Assembly: GCA_964016885.1 (NCBI GenBank)
Contig: OZ024740.1
Location: 355,384,001-355,448,000, forward strand
Direction of reading: 5' to 3'
DNA from: Eledone cirrhosa
Taxonomy: Eukaryota
DNA length: 64,000 bases
Both the position numbers and the translations under genes were made by a program. The notes beneath the pieces were generated by a model, which did not search any database, was not told the origin of the DNA, and worked only from the letters and a program-made list of their open reading frames with translations. This document shows positions 25,702 through 38,600 of this stretch, piece by piece (the first letter of the stretch is position 1; every line of letters starts with the position of its first letter).

Positions 25702-26274
25702 CTCCATTCTATTGTGAGTGGATGTGTGTGTGTATGTATGATACACATATATATACTAGACATGAAAAATGCGCAAGCTCAAAAGAGCCACGGAATGTTA
25801 TAATAAACCTTCAAAAGTGTGGGACTAGAGTTATTGCTCAAAAATATTGTAATCATTATCTATCGTACACTCTGTGGCATCCTTTTATAAAAAAAAAGTG
25901 GCTCATAACGAACTCAAGACGACACAATAATTATTTAAGCTAATGTTCACTATCTCATATTAGATGTTTAGTAAAGATTAATACGAAATGCACTTAAACC
26001 GAATTCTATATTATAAGTTCACTTAAATAATTATTGTGTCGTCTTGAGTTCGTTATGAACCTCTTTTTTTATAAAAGGATGCCACAGAGTGTACGATAGA
26101 TAATGATTACAATATTTTTGAGCAATAACTCTAGTCCCACACTTTTGAAGGTTTATTATAACATTCTGTGGCTCTTTTGAGCGTGCGCATTTTTCAGGTC
26201 TAGTATATATATGTGTATCATACATACACACACACATCCACTCACAATAGAATGGAGTCATTTTTCAGGTCTAG
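25702..26274. repeat. ~240-bp fold-back inverted repeat
   Basis: 25702-25939 is the reverse complement of 26022-26258; spacer ~80 bp. Confidence 0.9.
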
Positions 26275-26485
26275 TTTAATATTTTTTTAAGGCAACGCCT
26301 GTAATAACTCTAGTTAAAAATGATATATATTAATAATAAATTATCGTTGTAATGTAATTAGATTATATAATTGTTATTTTATAAATGATCTTATAAATAT
26401 TATTGTAAGATGTATAAAAATATTTTCAGACTTAATAGTTAATATAAATTTTAAAAATCATATATAAATTAACAATATAACTTAC

Positions 26486-26625
26486 CAAAACGAGAAAAAT
26501 ATTTTGATGATAAAACGACGAAATACTGGAGGGAGATTCGAAAGTGAAACGATAAATAAACATGGAAACAAAGTGGCGGATGCTTTTGACCAACAATTAC
26601 TCTCGTTGGTTGATTAGCCAATAAG
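26486..26625 (-). promoter_or_regulatory. Possible promoter and first exon of an unidentified minus-strand transcript
   Basis: CpG-enriched patch, CCAAT at ~26618 and a minus-strand donor ttttg|gtaagtt at 26486/26485. No downstream exon identified. Confidence 0.3.
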
Positions 26626-27675
26626 ACAATACATTACAAAAGATGTTTGGGAGGCATCACCATGGCCAGCGATACCCCTTAAAATTTTTATTCACAAGCT
26701 ATGCATATATGTCAGACACGGAGACTTAAAACATTCTGATGTATTATACTTTGGGAGGGTCATGCTGCCAATAAAAACACACACCTGTTGGTTTTCACTT
26801 CAATTATGAATTTCAGGTTGGTTTGGTAACTGGATGGTTGTTTATATATTGCCAAAGCTTTTGTCACATATTGTGACCTCTTCAGTGACTGGGTTTTTAT
26901 TTTGTATATCTCCTTTGTTCTGTTCTACACCATTTTGTTTTTGTGAGTTGTGTGCTATCAAACCAGCTAACCAACCAGAAATTTATAGTAAATTGAAGTG
27001 AAAACCAACAGGTGCATGTGTTTTTTATTGGCAGCATGTATAATAATGTTTCAACACACGTTTTCAGATAAGAAATCTTGCAAAACAAATTCAAAAATAA
27101 AGTATATATATATGCATTAATAAGCATGCATATGTACCGGTAATTCAAAGTTACACTGCCTAATTTCCCTGAAAACTACATTGTGTACACATCTGTCGAA
27201 TGCTCACAAGCAAGCTGTTCCATCGATCAAACAACTGGAACACTTATTATCAGAACCAATGGAGGTCCAACAACATAAATAAGAGATTATATAACTGCAA
27301 TTTTGGCTAAGATGTCACATAGGCATACATTAATCCTTTCTTTATATATATTTTGAAAACAATCAAGAATTTGGGGAGCTTTAGTAATATAATTAACTTA
27401 TTCATATCTAGCTGATGTTTCTAACTTAACAAAGGTTTTTAGATAGAATTTAATAGAAGGGCTTTTAGATAAATATAAACACTTTTTAACAAACAGAATT
27501 GAAGTGATTTAAGGCATTGTGGTATCAAAAAGATTAAATAAAGGAAAGTTTGGTAAATTGGAAAAAGAGTTGTTTACCTAAAATACTAAGGTTTAGTGTG
27601 TAACATGGAGGTATTGTAATGAGATAAATTGAGTTAGTGGTTAAAGTAAAAGATTATATCATTATTATTATTATT

Positions 27676-27876
27676 TGGCAGTATCGGTAGAGCGCCAGAC
27701 ACCATGCATAGTTATGGCCCTTTACGTTCTGAGTTCAAATCCTGCCGAGGTTAGCTTTGCCGTCCATCTTTACGGCGTCAATAAAATAAAGTGCCGGTAA
27801 GTACTGGAGTCGATTGAATCGGTTTTCCCTTCCCCTTCAAATTGCTGGCCTTGTGCCTAAAGTAGAAACAATTATC
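27676..27876 (+). mobile_element. tRNA-derived SINE family with ...ggccttgtgcctaaagtagaaacaatt tail
   Basis: Other copies at ~10340-10500 (-), 23751-23850 (-), 36111-36295 (-), 45585-45712 (+), 58857-59050 (-) and 61667-61763 (-). Confidence 0.8.
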
Positions 27877-28625
27877 ATCATCGTTTAATGTCCATTCTCC
27901 CTGCTAGTAAGGGTTGCAAATGTCATCACTGGCTGGTCAGTATTCAATTTGAGCCTCTCACCTCCAGGTGGGCTGGGGACCCAATGAAGTACTGACAAGG
28001 AGTTTACAAGTTGCTGGATCTACCCAGGTAGTTTATACCATAATGCCTTCTCTGGCAGTTTCTTTCAGTCTTATACAAATTAGCATATTATCACTAAAGA
28101 TAATTCAAACAAACTGAAAAGCAAAATAAAATAATTGGTGATAGCAGTTACAGTAGAGATTTTCAGTACAATACAGAAAGGATATTGAATACATAACTAA
28201 TATCTGTATTTGTGGACGCATGTATTGCTGAGTAGTTAGGAAGTTTGCTTCACAAAAATGAAGTTTCAGGTTCGTTCCATGTGTGACATCTTGGGTAAAT
28301 GTCTTTACCATAGCCTCAGGTCAACCCAAGCCAATGAAGTTGAATAAATGGAAACTATATGGAAGCCCATTGTATTTGTAATTCAAAAATCCAACCATGT
28401 CACATATTGTGTAATGCTGATTTAGCTTGAGAATTACATAAAAGGCACACAAATCTATGGAATACTCAACCACTTACATATTAATTGACAAGACAGATGT
28501 TCAGTTGATCTAATAACTGAATGGTTATTGTAGAAACTGTTGGAGGAGCCTTCATTATCAATATCCTCATAAAACTAAATATCAAATGAAAGAAAAAAGA
28601 CTTCAAGGTGAGGTTAACAAAAGGA

Positions 28626-28631
28626 TTTATT
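28626..28631 (-). terminator. Probable polyadenylation signal AATAAA of UQCRQ
   Basis: tttatt on the plus strand, ~30 nt beyond the stop codon. Confidence 0.6.
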
Positions 28632-28662
28632 CTAAACAGTACACTTCATTTTCTATATTAAA

Positions 28663-28757
28663 TTATTCATCATTTTCAAAATCTTTAGGGTTTTTTCTCA
28701 AGGAAGCAGCATGTGCTTTCTCTCCATAGTCATATACCAAGTAACAAAAGACCAATG
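28663..28757 (-). CDS. UQCRQ: Cytochrome b-c1 complex subunit 8 (QCR8), last coding exon
   Basis: ctttttcag|CA TTG...; (P)LVFCYLVYDYGEKAHAASLRKNPKDFENDE-stop. 95 nt, in phase with the upstream exon. RKNPxxxEND is the characteristic C-terminus. Not in the ORF track. Confidence 0.93.
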
Positions 28758-28855
28758 CTGAAAAAGAGTAATGAAATTTAGGAAATTGTCAAAAAAATAA
28801 CAAATAATTTCATAGAAAAACAAAATGTAGTTATGTAAAAACAAATATATATATA

Positions 28856-29076
28856 TTTTCTAATTGGATACCCCGAAACTGGATACCAACACTGAATACA
28901 CCTGAACTTCTACCAGAAAATCTTTCGTTGTTATTTCTGCTTACATTTTACATATATACATATATATATCAATGCTTGCGTGGACCCCTCTCAAAAATTC
29001 GTTGGATTTTCTAATTGGATACCCCGAAACTGGATACCAACACTGAATACACCTGAACTTCTACCAGGAAATCTTT
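28856..29076. repeat. 70-bp direct repeat pair
   Basis: ttttctaattggataccccgaaactggataccaacactgaatacacctgaacttctaccag..aaatcttt at 28856-28925 and 29007-29076. Confidence 0.85.
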
Positions 29077-29984
29077 TGTATCATTGAAATATTCTTTTCT
29101 TTGCTTCATATATATATATTATATATACTTGTCCGCCATTGCAAAAGGCCATAAATTCAAAATTTTGAAGAGAGAGGAAAAGAGACAAGCAAGTGATCTA
29201 TGAACTTGTACATCTCACTGACCCCCCGCCACCACAATAAAAATAACGTCTACACTCGCTCCCCACCATCACCACAGTACTCATTACTCTATCTAAGGTG
29301 GCTGACCTGTTCCCTGTTGACATACTGCTGACTCTTTTGATGTATGTATGTGTATATACATATATATATAAGTGTGTATATGTATATCTCAGTGGATGAG
29401 ACCAGATTTCAACACAGCAACAACTACAACAACAACAGCAGCAACACCAACAACAACAACGGCAACAACACCATCGTCTGTGTTGAATGTGTGTGTATGT
29501 ATGTATTTGTATATATGCGACAGCAATAACAGCATCAACACCATTGTCTGCAGCAACAGCAGCAGTGAAATGAAGAACAACAACAACAGCGACAACAGCA
29601 ACAACAACTACAGCACCAACAACTGCCACCACCATCACTGACCATCCACCACCACCACACTGACACCATTCACCACCACCACCGCCATTACCAGCGTAAA
29701 GCAAACAATTATTATTATTATTATATACAAGCTGAACTGGACTGGGAAAGGTCAACAGTTGACATGATATTGATTTTGATTTTGATGATTTTAATTTTGA
29801 TTTTGTATTTCTATCAGTACTGTCGGTAATATATGTATATATATGTGTGTGTGTGATTGTATGCATAAATGAGTGTTGGTATGTGAGTGGCGTGTTGTGG
29901 TTGTGGTTTGTATGCATGAGTGTTGGTGTGTGAGTGTTTGGGTGTGCGTCGTGTCAATAAGTTTTTTTTTTTTTTTTTTTTAAA

Positions 29985-32218
29985 TGACCATGCTGTAAAA
30001 TGGAGGGGTAGAGAGGGCCCTTGAGTCTAGTAAGACATCCTCTCTAGTGCTGGTGGCACAAATAAAAGCACTCAGTCCATGCTGTAAAGTGGCGCTAGTG
30101 TTAGGAAGGGCATCCAACCAGTGTATCAATGCCAAAACGCTTATCAGCACAGCAGCAAATAGGAACAACAACAAAATATGAAGACGTCGCATCTCAGAGT
30201 TGCAACACTTAATGTTGGCACTCTCAGAGGTAGATCTGCTGAAATAGCGGAGATGCTGGAGAGAAGGCAGGTGGATGTGTGCTGCGTGCAAGAGGTGAGA
30301 TGGAGAGGTGCCTCTGCGAGACTAGTCGTAGGCAAGCGTCTTAGCTATAAGCTATTCTGGGTAGGTAAGGATGATGGGCTAGGGGGAGTAGGCATTTTCC
30401 TGGCTGAGAAATGGATCAATAAGACAATAGAGGTAGTTCGAGTTAGTAATCGAATAATTAAGCTTAGATTAGTTGTAGGTAGGAGACTACTGACAATCAT
30501 CTCGGCCTATGCTCCCCAGGCAGGCCTAGGCAAAGATGAGAAAGACTGCTTTTATGAGCAACTTTTGCAAACAACCGCAATGACAGAGGACGGAGACATC
30601 GTTATGCTAGCAGGAGACTTCAATGGCCATGTTGGACAGCTCCAGGATGGTTACACTGGGGTACATGGTGGACACGGTTACGGTTCAAGAAATGAAGGAG
30701 TGAAACTTCTTGAATTTTGTGATGACTATTTGCAACACAAACTTCCAGAAACCTGCCAATCACCTAATAACCTACAAATCTGGTGAGCACATAAGCCAGA
30801 TTGACTTCTTGCTAGTTAGGCAGCGGGACAGGCAGATAGTGTCTAATACCAAGGCATACCCTGGGGAAGAATGTACCCCACAGCATAGGTTAGTTGTTAG
30901 TGATATCTCAGTAAGCAAGAGATGGAATGAGACATATAGGAAGGTGTGGACAAGAAAGGTCTGGAAGCTAAAAGACCTTTCACTAAAATACAAATTTAGG
31001 AAAGCCCTTCAAGATGTATATGACGAAAAAGAAGACGATTTAGAGACATATGACATAGATAATAACTGGAATTTCTTACGTGACAACTTGCTGCAGGCTA
31101 CTGATGAAACCTGTGGCTGGAGCAGAGCTCCAACCAGACAGAGAGTGACCTGGTGGTGGAACAGCACAGTAGATAAGGCTATTAGAGACAAAAGACTAGC
31201 ATGGAAGGTTTGGAAAAAGGGTGGGAGTAGGGAAGAATATACAGCCACTAAGAGAGAAGCTAGACGTCAGGTGTACTTAGCACGCAGGGAGGCAGAGAGT
31301 AGGAGGTTTGCCAATGTTCTGCGGGGAAGATCAGAGGCGTGCGGTTTTCCACATTGCAAGGCAGTGTGTCAATGCAAATCAGGATGTTGTTGGAGATAAA
31401 TGTGTCCGGGATGATGCCGGTGTACTTAGTGTCACGAATGATCAGAAAAAGGAGGCCTGGAAATGTCATTATGAGAGACTGATGAATGTGGAGAACGAAT
31501 GGGAGAGAGAGAAATTACCCTTGGTAGATCCGACAGAGGGACCAGCTATTGAGATTGACGAATATAGGGTCCAAGAGGCGATTAGGGAAGTGAAAAATGG
31601 TAAGGTTGCCGGACCATCGGGAATAGTTGCTGAGATGCTGAGGCATCAGGGGACGTAGGCACTAAACTGGTTGCATGCATCATCAATCAGGCTATATATG
31701 GTGGTGTCATACCCAAAGACTGGTGCAGCAGTATTCTCATAAATTGCTACAAAGGTAAAGGGGATGCTCTGGAGAGGAGCAATTATAGGAGTATAAAACT
31801 GATGGATCAGGTTATGAAAGTGGCAGAAAGAATATTAGCACAACTAATTAGAGAAAGGGTCAAACTAGATGAGATGCAGTTTGGTTTTGTGCCTGGGAAG
31901 AGTACAACAGATGCCCTCTTCTTGGTGAGACAATTGCAAGAGAGGTTCTTAGAGAAAAATAAGCCACTATACTTAACTTTTGTTGACCTAGAGAAGGCCT
32001 TTGATAGGGTACCCTGATCTGTCATCTGGTGGTCCCTAAGGAAACTAGGTGTTGAGGAATGGCTTGTGAGGACAGTGCAAACTTTGTACAGAGGTACTCT
32101 CAGTAAAGTCAGGGTAGGAATGGAGTTTAGTTAGGAATTCCAGATACAAGTAGGAGTACATCAGGGTTCGGTCCTCAGCCCGCTCTTGTTCATTATAGTC
32201 CTCCAAGCCATAACAGAG
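29985..32218 (+). mobile_element. RTE LINE (subfamily A): 5' UTR, APE endonuclease and RT, frameshifted and 3'-truncated
   Basis: RVATLNVGTL, CVQEVRW, SAYAPQ, AGDFNGHVG, SQIDFLL, QHRLVV (APE); QFGF, FVDLEKAFDRVP, GVHQGSVLSPLLF (RT). Confidence 0.95.
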
Positions 32219-35200
32219 CGGGCTGGGTACAGTTTATTATAGCACCAACACTACCACTTGACATCACAGAGTAGGCTGGGTACAGTTTATTATAGCACCA
32301 ACACTACCACTTGACACCACAAAGTGGGCTGGGTACAGTTTATTATAGCACCAACACTACCACTTGACATCACAGAGTAGGCTGGGTACAGTTTATTATA
32401 GCACCAACACTAACACTTGACACCACAGAGTAGGCTGGGTACAGTTTATTATAGCACCAACACTACCACTTGACACCACAGAGTGGGCTGGGTACAGTCT
32501 ATTATAGCACCAACACTAACACTTGACACCACAGAGTGGGCTGGGTACAGTTTATTATAGCACCAACACTACCACTTGACACCACAGAGTGGGCTGGGTA
32601 CAGTTTATTATAGCACCAACACTACCACTTGACACCACAGAGTGGGCTGGGTACAGTTTATTATAGCACCAACACTACCACTTGACACCACAGAGTGGGC
32701 TGGGTACAGTTTATTATAGCACCAACACTAACACTTGACAACACAGAGTGGGCTGAGTACAGTTTATTATAGCACCAACACTACCACTTGACACCACAGA
32801 GTGGGCTGGGTACAGTTTATTATAGCACCAACACTAACACTTGACAACACAGAGTGGGCAGAGTACAGTTTATTATAGCACCAACACTAACACTTGACAC
32901 CACAGAGTAGGCTGGGTACAGTCTATTATAGCACCAACACTACCACTTGACACCACAGAGTGGGCTGGGTACAGTTTATTATAGCACCAACACTACCACT
33001 TGACACCACAGAGTAGGCTGGGTACAGTCTATTATAGCACCAACACTAACACTTGACATCACAGAGTGGGCTGGGTACAGTTTATTATAGCACCAACACT
33101 ACCACTTGACACCACAGAGTGGGCTGGGTACAGTCTATTATAGCACCAACACTAACACTTGACACCACAGAGTAGGCTGGGTACAGTTTATTATAGCACC
33201 AACACTAACACTTGACACCACAGAGTAGGCTGGGTACAGTTTATTATAGCACCAACACTACCACTTGACACCACAGAGTAGGCTGGGTACAGTCTATTAT
33301 AGCACCAACACTAACACTTGACACCACAGAGTGGGCTGAGTACAGTTTATTATAGCACCAACACTACCACTTGACACCACAGAGTAGGCTGGGTACAGTT
33401 TATTATAGCACCAACACTAACACTTGACACCACAAAGTGGGCTTGGTACAGTCTATTATAGCACCAACACTAACACTTGACACCACAGAGTGGGCTGGGT
33501 ACAGTTTATTATAGCACCAACACTACCACTTGACACCACAGAGTGGGCTGGGTACAGTTTATTATAGCACCAACACTACCACTTGACATCACAGAGTAGG
33601 CTGGGTACAGTTTATTATAGCACCAACACTACCACTTGACACCACAAAGTGGGCTGGGTACAGTTTATTATAGCACCAACACTACCACTTGACACCACAG
33701 AGTGGGCTGGGTACAGTCTATTATAGCACCAACACTACCACTTGACACCACAAAGTGGGCTTGGTACAGTCTATTATAGCACCAGCACTACCACTTGACA
33801 CCACAGAGCGGGCTGGGTACAGTTTATTATAGCACCAACACTACCACTTGACATCACAGAGTAGGCTGGGTACAGTCTATTATAGCACCAACACTACCAC
33901 TTGACACCACAAAGTGGGCTGGGTACAGTTTATTATAGCACCAACACTACCACTTGACACCACAAAGTGGGCTGGGTACAGTCTATTATAGCACCAACAC
34001 TACCACTTGACACCACAAAGTGGGCTTGGTACAGTCTATTATAGCACCAGCACTACCACTTGACACCACAGAGCGGGCTGGGTACAGTTTATTATAGCAC
34101 CAACACTACCACTTGACATCACAGAGTAGGCTGGGTACAGTCTATTATAGCACCAACACTAACACTTGACACCACAGAGTGGGCTGGGTACAGTTTATTA
34201 TAGCACCAACACTACCACTTGACACCACAGAGCGGGCTGGGTACAGTTTATTATAGCACCAACACTAACACTTGACACCACAGAGTGGGCTGGGTACAGT
34301 TTATTATAGCACCAACACTACCACTTGACACCACAGAGCGGGCTGGGTACAGTTTATTATAGCACCAACACTACCACTTGACACCACAGAGTGGGCTGGG
34401 TACAGTTTATTATAGCACCAACACTACCACTTGACACCACAGAGTGGGCTGGGTACAGTTTATTATAGCACCAACACTACCACTTGACACCACAGAGCGG
34501 GCTGGGTACAGTTTATTATAGCACCAACACTAACACTTGACACCACAGAATAGGCTGGGTACAGTTTATTATAGCACCAACACTACCACTTGACACCACA
34601 GAGTGGGCTGGGTACAGTTTATTATAGCACCAACACTAACACTTGACACCACAAAGTGGGCTGGGTACAGTCTATTATAGCACCAACACTACCACTTGAC
34701 ACCACAAAGTGGGCTGGGTACAGTTTATTATAGCACCAACACTAACACTTGACACCACAAAGTGGGCTGGGTACAGTTTATTATAGCACCAACACTAACA
34801 CTTGACACCACAGAGTAGGCTGGGTACAGTTTATTATAGCACCAACACTAACACTTGACACCACAAAGTGGGCTGGGTACAGTCTATTATAGCACCAACA
34901 CTAACACTTGACACCACAAAGTGGGCTGGGTACAGTCTATTATAGCACCAACACTAACACTTGACACCACAAAGTGGGCTGGGTACAGTTTATTATAGCA
35001 CCAACACTAACACTTGACACCACAAAGTGGGCTGGGTACAGTTTATTATAGCACCAACACTAACACTTGACACCACAGAGTGGGCTGGGTACAGTTTATT
35101 ATAGCACCAACACTAACACTTGACACCACAGAGTAGGCTGGGTACAGTTTATTATAGCACCAACACTAACACTTGACACCACAGAGTGGGCTGGGTACAG

Positions 35201-36085
35201 TTTATTATAGCAACAACACTAACACTTGACACCACAGAGTAGGCTGGGTACAGTTTATTATAGCACCAACACTAACACTTGACACCACAGAGTAGGCTGG
35301 GTACAGTTTATTATAGCAACAACACTACCACTTGACACCACAGAGTAGGCTGGGTACAGTTTATTATAGCACCAACACTAACACTTGACACCACAGAGTG
35401 GGCTGGGTACAGTTTATTATAGCACCAACACTACCACTTGACACCACAGAGTGGGCTGGGTACAGTTTATTATAGCACCAACACTACCACTTGACACCAC
35501 AGAGTGGGCTGGGTACAGTCTATTATAGCACCAACACTAACACTTGACACCACAGAGTAGGCTGGGTACAGTTTATTATAGCACCAACACTAACACTTGA
35601 CACCACAGAGTGGGCTGGGTACAGTTTATTATAGCACCAACACTACCACTTGACACCACAGAGTGGGCTGGGTACAGTCCATTATAGCACCAACACTACC
35701 ACTTGACACCACAGAGTGGGCTGGGTACAGTCTATTATAGCACCAACACTACCACTTGACAACACAGAGTAGGCTGGGTACAGTCTATTATAGCACCAAC
35801 ACTACCACTTGACACCACAGAGTGGGCTGAGTACAGTTTATTATAGCACCAACACTACCACTTGACACCACAGAGTAGGCTGGGTACAGTTTATTATAGC
35901 ACCAACACTAACACTTGACACCACAGAGTGGGCTGGGTACAGTTTATTATAGCACCAACACTACCACTTGACACCACAGAGTGGGCTGGGTACAGTTTAT
36001 TATAGCACCAACACTACCACTTGACACCACAGAGTGGGCTGGGTACAGTTTATTATAGCACCAACACTACCACTTTACAGAGTGA
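32213..36085. repeat. 53-bp minisatellite, ~73 copies
   Basis: Unit cagagtgggctgggtacagtttattatagcaccaacactaccacttgacacca with a few recurring variant positions and no unique spacers. Confidence 0.97.
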
Positions 36086-37192
36086 ATTGAATGCATTCTA
36101 TTGTGACAATAATTGTTTCTAATTTAGGCACAAGGCCAGCAATTACCCAGTGCATTACTGGTACTTTATTTTATCGACCCCGTAAGGATGAAAGGCAAAG
36201 TCAACCTCGGCGGGATTTGAACTCAGATCGTAAAGGGACGTAACTATGCTGGAAAGCATGGCGTCCGACCCTCTAACGATACTGCCAATCCACAATAATA
36301 CAATCACTTTACAGTTGACTGGGTGCATTTTATTGACACCAGTACTACCACTTTACAGAGTGGGCCAAGCATAATTTGTGACACCAGCCTCACTACTTTT
36401 CACACCACTACTACTACTACTTTATGATTGTTATGCGTGTATTTTGTAACACCAACACCAGAATGGGCTGGGTTCATATAATTGGGATACCAGCTCCACC
36501 TCTTTTCACATCAATACTATCACTTTTCAACATTAAGATATTTAACAAACAACATATCAAAACAAAGTGTGAAGGCAGACGTCCAAGTGCTTGGAAGTCA
36601 CAATCATAAAGTGGTTAGTTCAACTGCAAGACCATGAGATGCCTTGTGTCCTTGAGCAGTGTATTTCATTTCATGTTCCAGTTCACTCAGCTGAAAATGA
36701 GTACTAGGAGCAGCTGATGGTTAGCCATTAAACATTTATGGCTTTACTCTAATACTGCAAATATTCCCAACAATCTGTCCACTGGTAAAGATACTATAAA
36801 TATTTGAGTTAAAAGATTTTTTAGATATTTTCAGCTAAATTGTTACGGGATGTTAATCAAGTCAATGTCGTTTTTAAAATTTTAATTCAGGCATAGGTTT
36901 AATCAAAATTGCTTGTTTTCTAGGTAAAGCTATTTACCTTTCACATCTTGTCTTTAGCCTGTTAATTGCAACTACTTAATTGGCATATGTTTGAATTTAT
37001 GCTTTGGAGCTCCTTTCATTTAGTTGGTCAAAATACTGAGGCTAACAGAAGTAGCATGCACCTTATACAATAATCCTTAAACATTGTGAAGAAGAAAGAA
37101 AGCAAAACAGTAACAATGAATAAGGGAAATGACTTCAAGGATATTTCCAAGTGTTCTTTACAACTTGAAACGTTTTGATAAACAATACTTAC

Positions 37193-37346
37193 GAGGCAAA
37201 ACTCGGAAAACTTGGCCTTTGAAGCGATTCCACATATTTGGTATTCCGTGGCTAATAGCTCCAGCAAATGCTCTCTGTTCAAATGGAGAGAGATTGTAGG
37301 TAATGATACCACTAATGTGGTGGAGATTTCCAAACATTTTACCCAT
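37193..37346 (-). CDS. UQCRQ: Cytochrome b-c1 complex subunit 8 (QCR8), first coding exon
   Basis: ttttgttag|ctATG; MGKMFGNLHHISGIITYNLSPFEQRAFAGAISHGIPNMWNRFKGQVFRVLP, donor C|gtaagt. 154 nt; spliced product is 82 aa. Confidence 0.95.
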
Positions 37347-37440
37347 AGCTAACAAAAGAAAAATAAATAATATTGCATTAGAAACCACTTACGTTCAACT
37401 CTAAACTGAAATTCTACATTTAGGAAATTTGATCCACTAA

Positions 37441-38112
37441 ACAGTAATATACGTGAACGGCAAAGCATAAACGAACTAAGGAAGAAATTAGGAATAAGAG
37501 GGATCAGATGCTGTTTACTCGAGAGAAGACTACGTTGGTACGGTCACGTGATGCGCATGAAAGACGACAGCTGTATAAAAAAGTGCAGGGCGATAAAAAT
37601 AGACGGTAGCCACGGAGTAGGCAGACCCAGAAAAACCTGGGACGACTTGCTAAACTCCGACCTCACACACTTACACCTCCCCAAGACAATGTCACTGGAC
37701 GAGATCTTTGGTGATACACAGTAATACAGAAGACCTGCCTTGCCTAAGTACAAAGCGAAACCTACAGTCAGTAGGCACCTCTAACAAAAATACACCCCGG
37801 CCCCACTACCCCCACCCCTTCCAATGTAAAGTTATGTTGGTACCACAGCATCCAGTCTGAAACAAATGAGGGCGTGTAGGTGTCACGACAAAAAAACACA
37901 GTCCACGCTGTAATGTGGCTGTATAGGTAACACGGTAAAAACCTCCCAGTCCACACTGTAAACGTGGTTGGTGTTAGGAAGGGCATCCAGCCGTAGAAAA
38001 CCCGCCAGACAGTCCTATACGAGCAAGACAACCAATCTTGCCTCAAGTGGGAAAATTCCCGTCCAAACCCATGCTAGCGTGGAACATGGACGTTAAACGA
38101 TGATGATGATGA
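37441..38112 (+). mobile_element. RTE subfamily B 3' fragment
   Basis: Similar to 49600-50305; (ATG)n tail. Confidence 0.88.
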
Positions 38113-38344
38113 TAAACATTGTAAAAACTCCAGAAATATAAATGTCGGAAGGTGGTGGATTAAGACCAAAGATGACCAAGGGATGTTATAGTCCAATGCA
38201 CGCAATACATATGAAAGAAGCAGGCAAGACGAATACTAAATTGAAAGAAGAAAATGTGAATGAAGTAATAGAAAATGTATATGTAGTAATATATAAAACA
38301 AGATGATATAATAAAAGAAAAACAATGTAATTGACAATACAAGT

Positions 38345-38600
38345 TTAAAAGATCACAAAGTCTATTGTTAAATATCTGTTATATCTTCTGTAACACTGCT
38401 GATTTCTTTTGTCTCTAAGTTTCCAAATTTGCTTTGAAAGCGATGTGGTGTTTTTACAAGGATAATGATAGAATGGAGTGTTGTGCAACTTTTGAAAGAG
38501 ATGCTCTAGTTTGCTGCAGATGACGACAGCAACTAGTAAACAATGCTTTTCTCTAGACATTTACCCATTAGGAGGAAATTGTCTTTGCTTCAGCAATTGC
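38345..38600 (-). mobile_element. Degraded Penelope-like GIY-YIG fragment
   Basis: TTSLSKQIWKLRDK parallels STSLSHLIWNLKD of the element at 21417-21743. Confidence 0.5.

Noticed and set aside
29198-29917. 239-aa ORF rich in V, G and C
   Set aside because: Arises from (CAA/CAG/CAC)n low-complexity sequence inside the UQCRQ intron; no domain is recognisable.
32213-36085. CRISPR-like appearance of the long array
   Set aside because: Contiguous 53-bp units without unique spacers, eukaryotic context and no cas genes.
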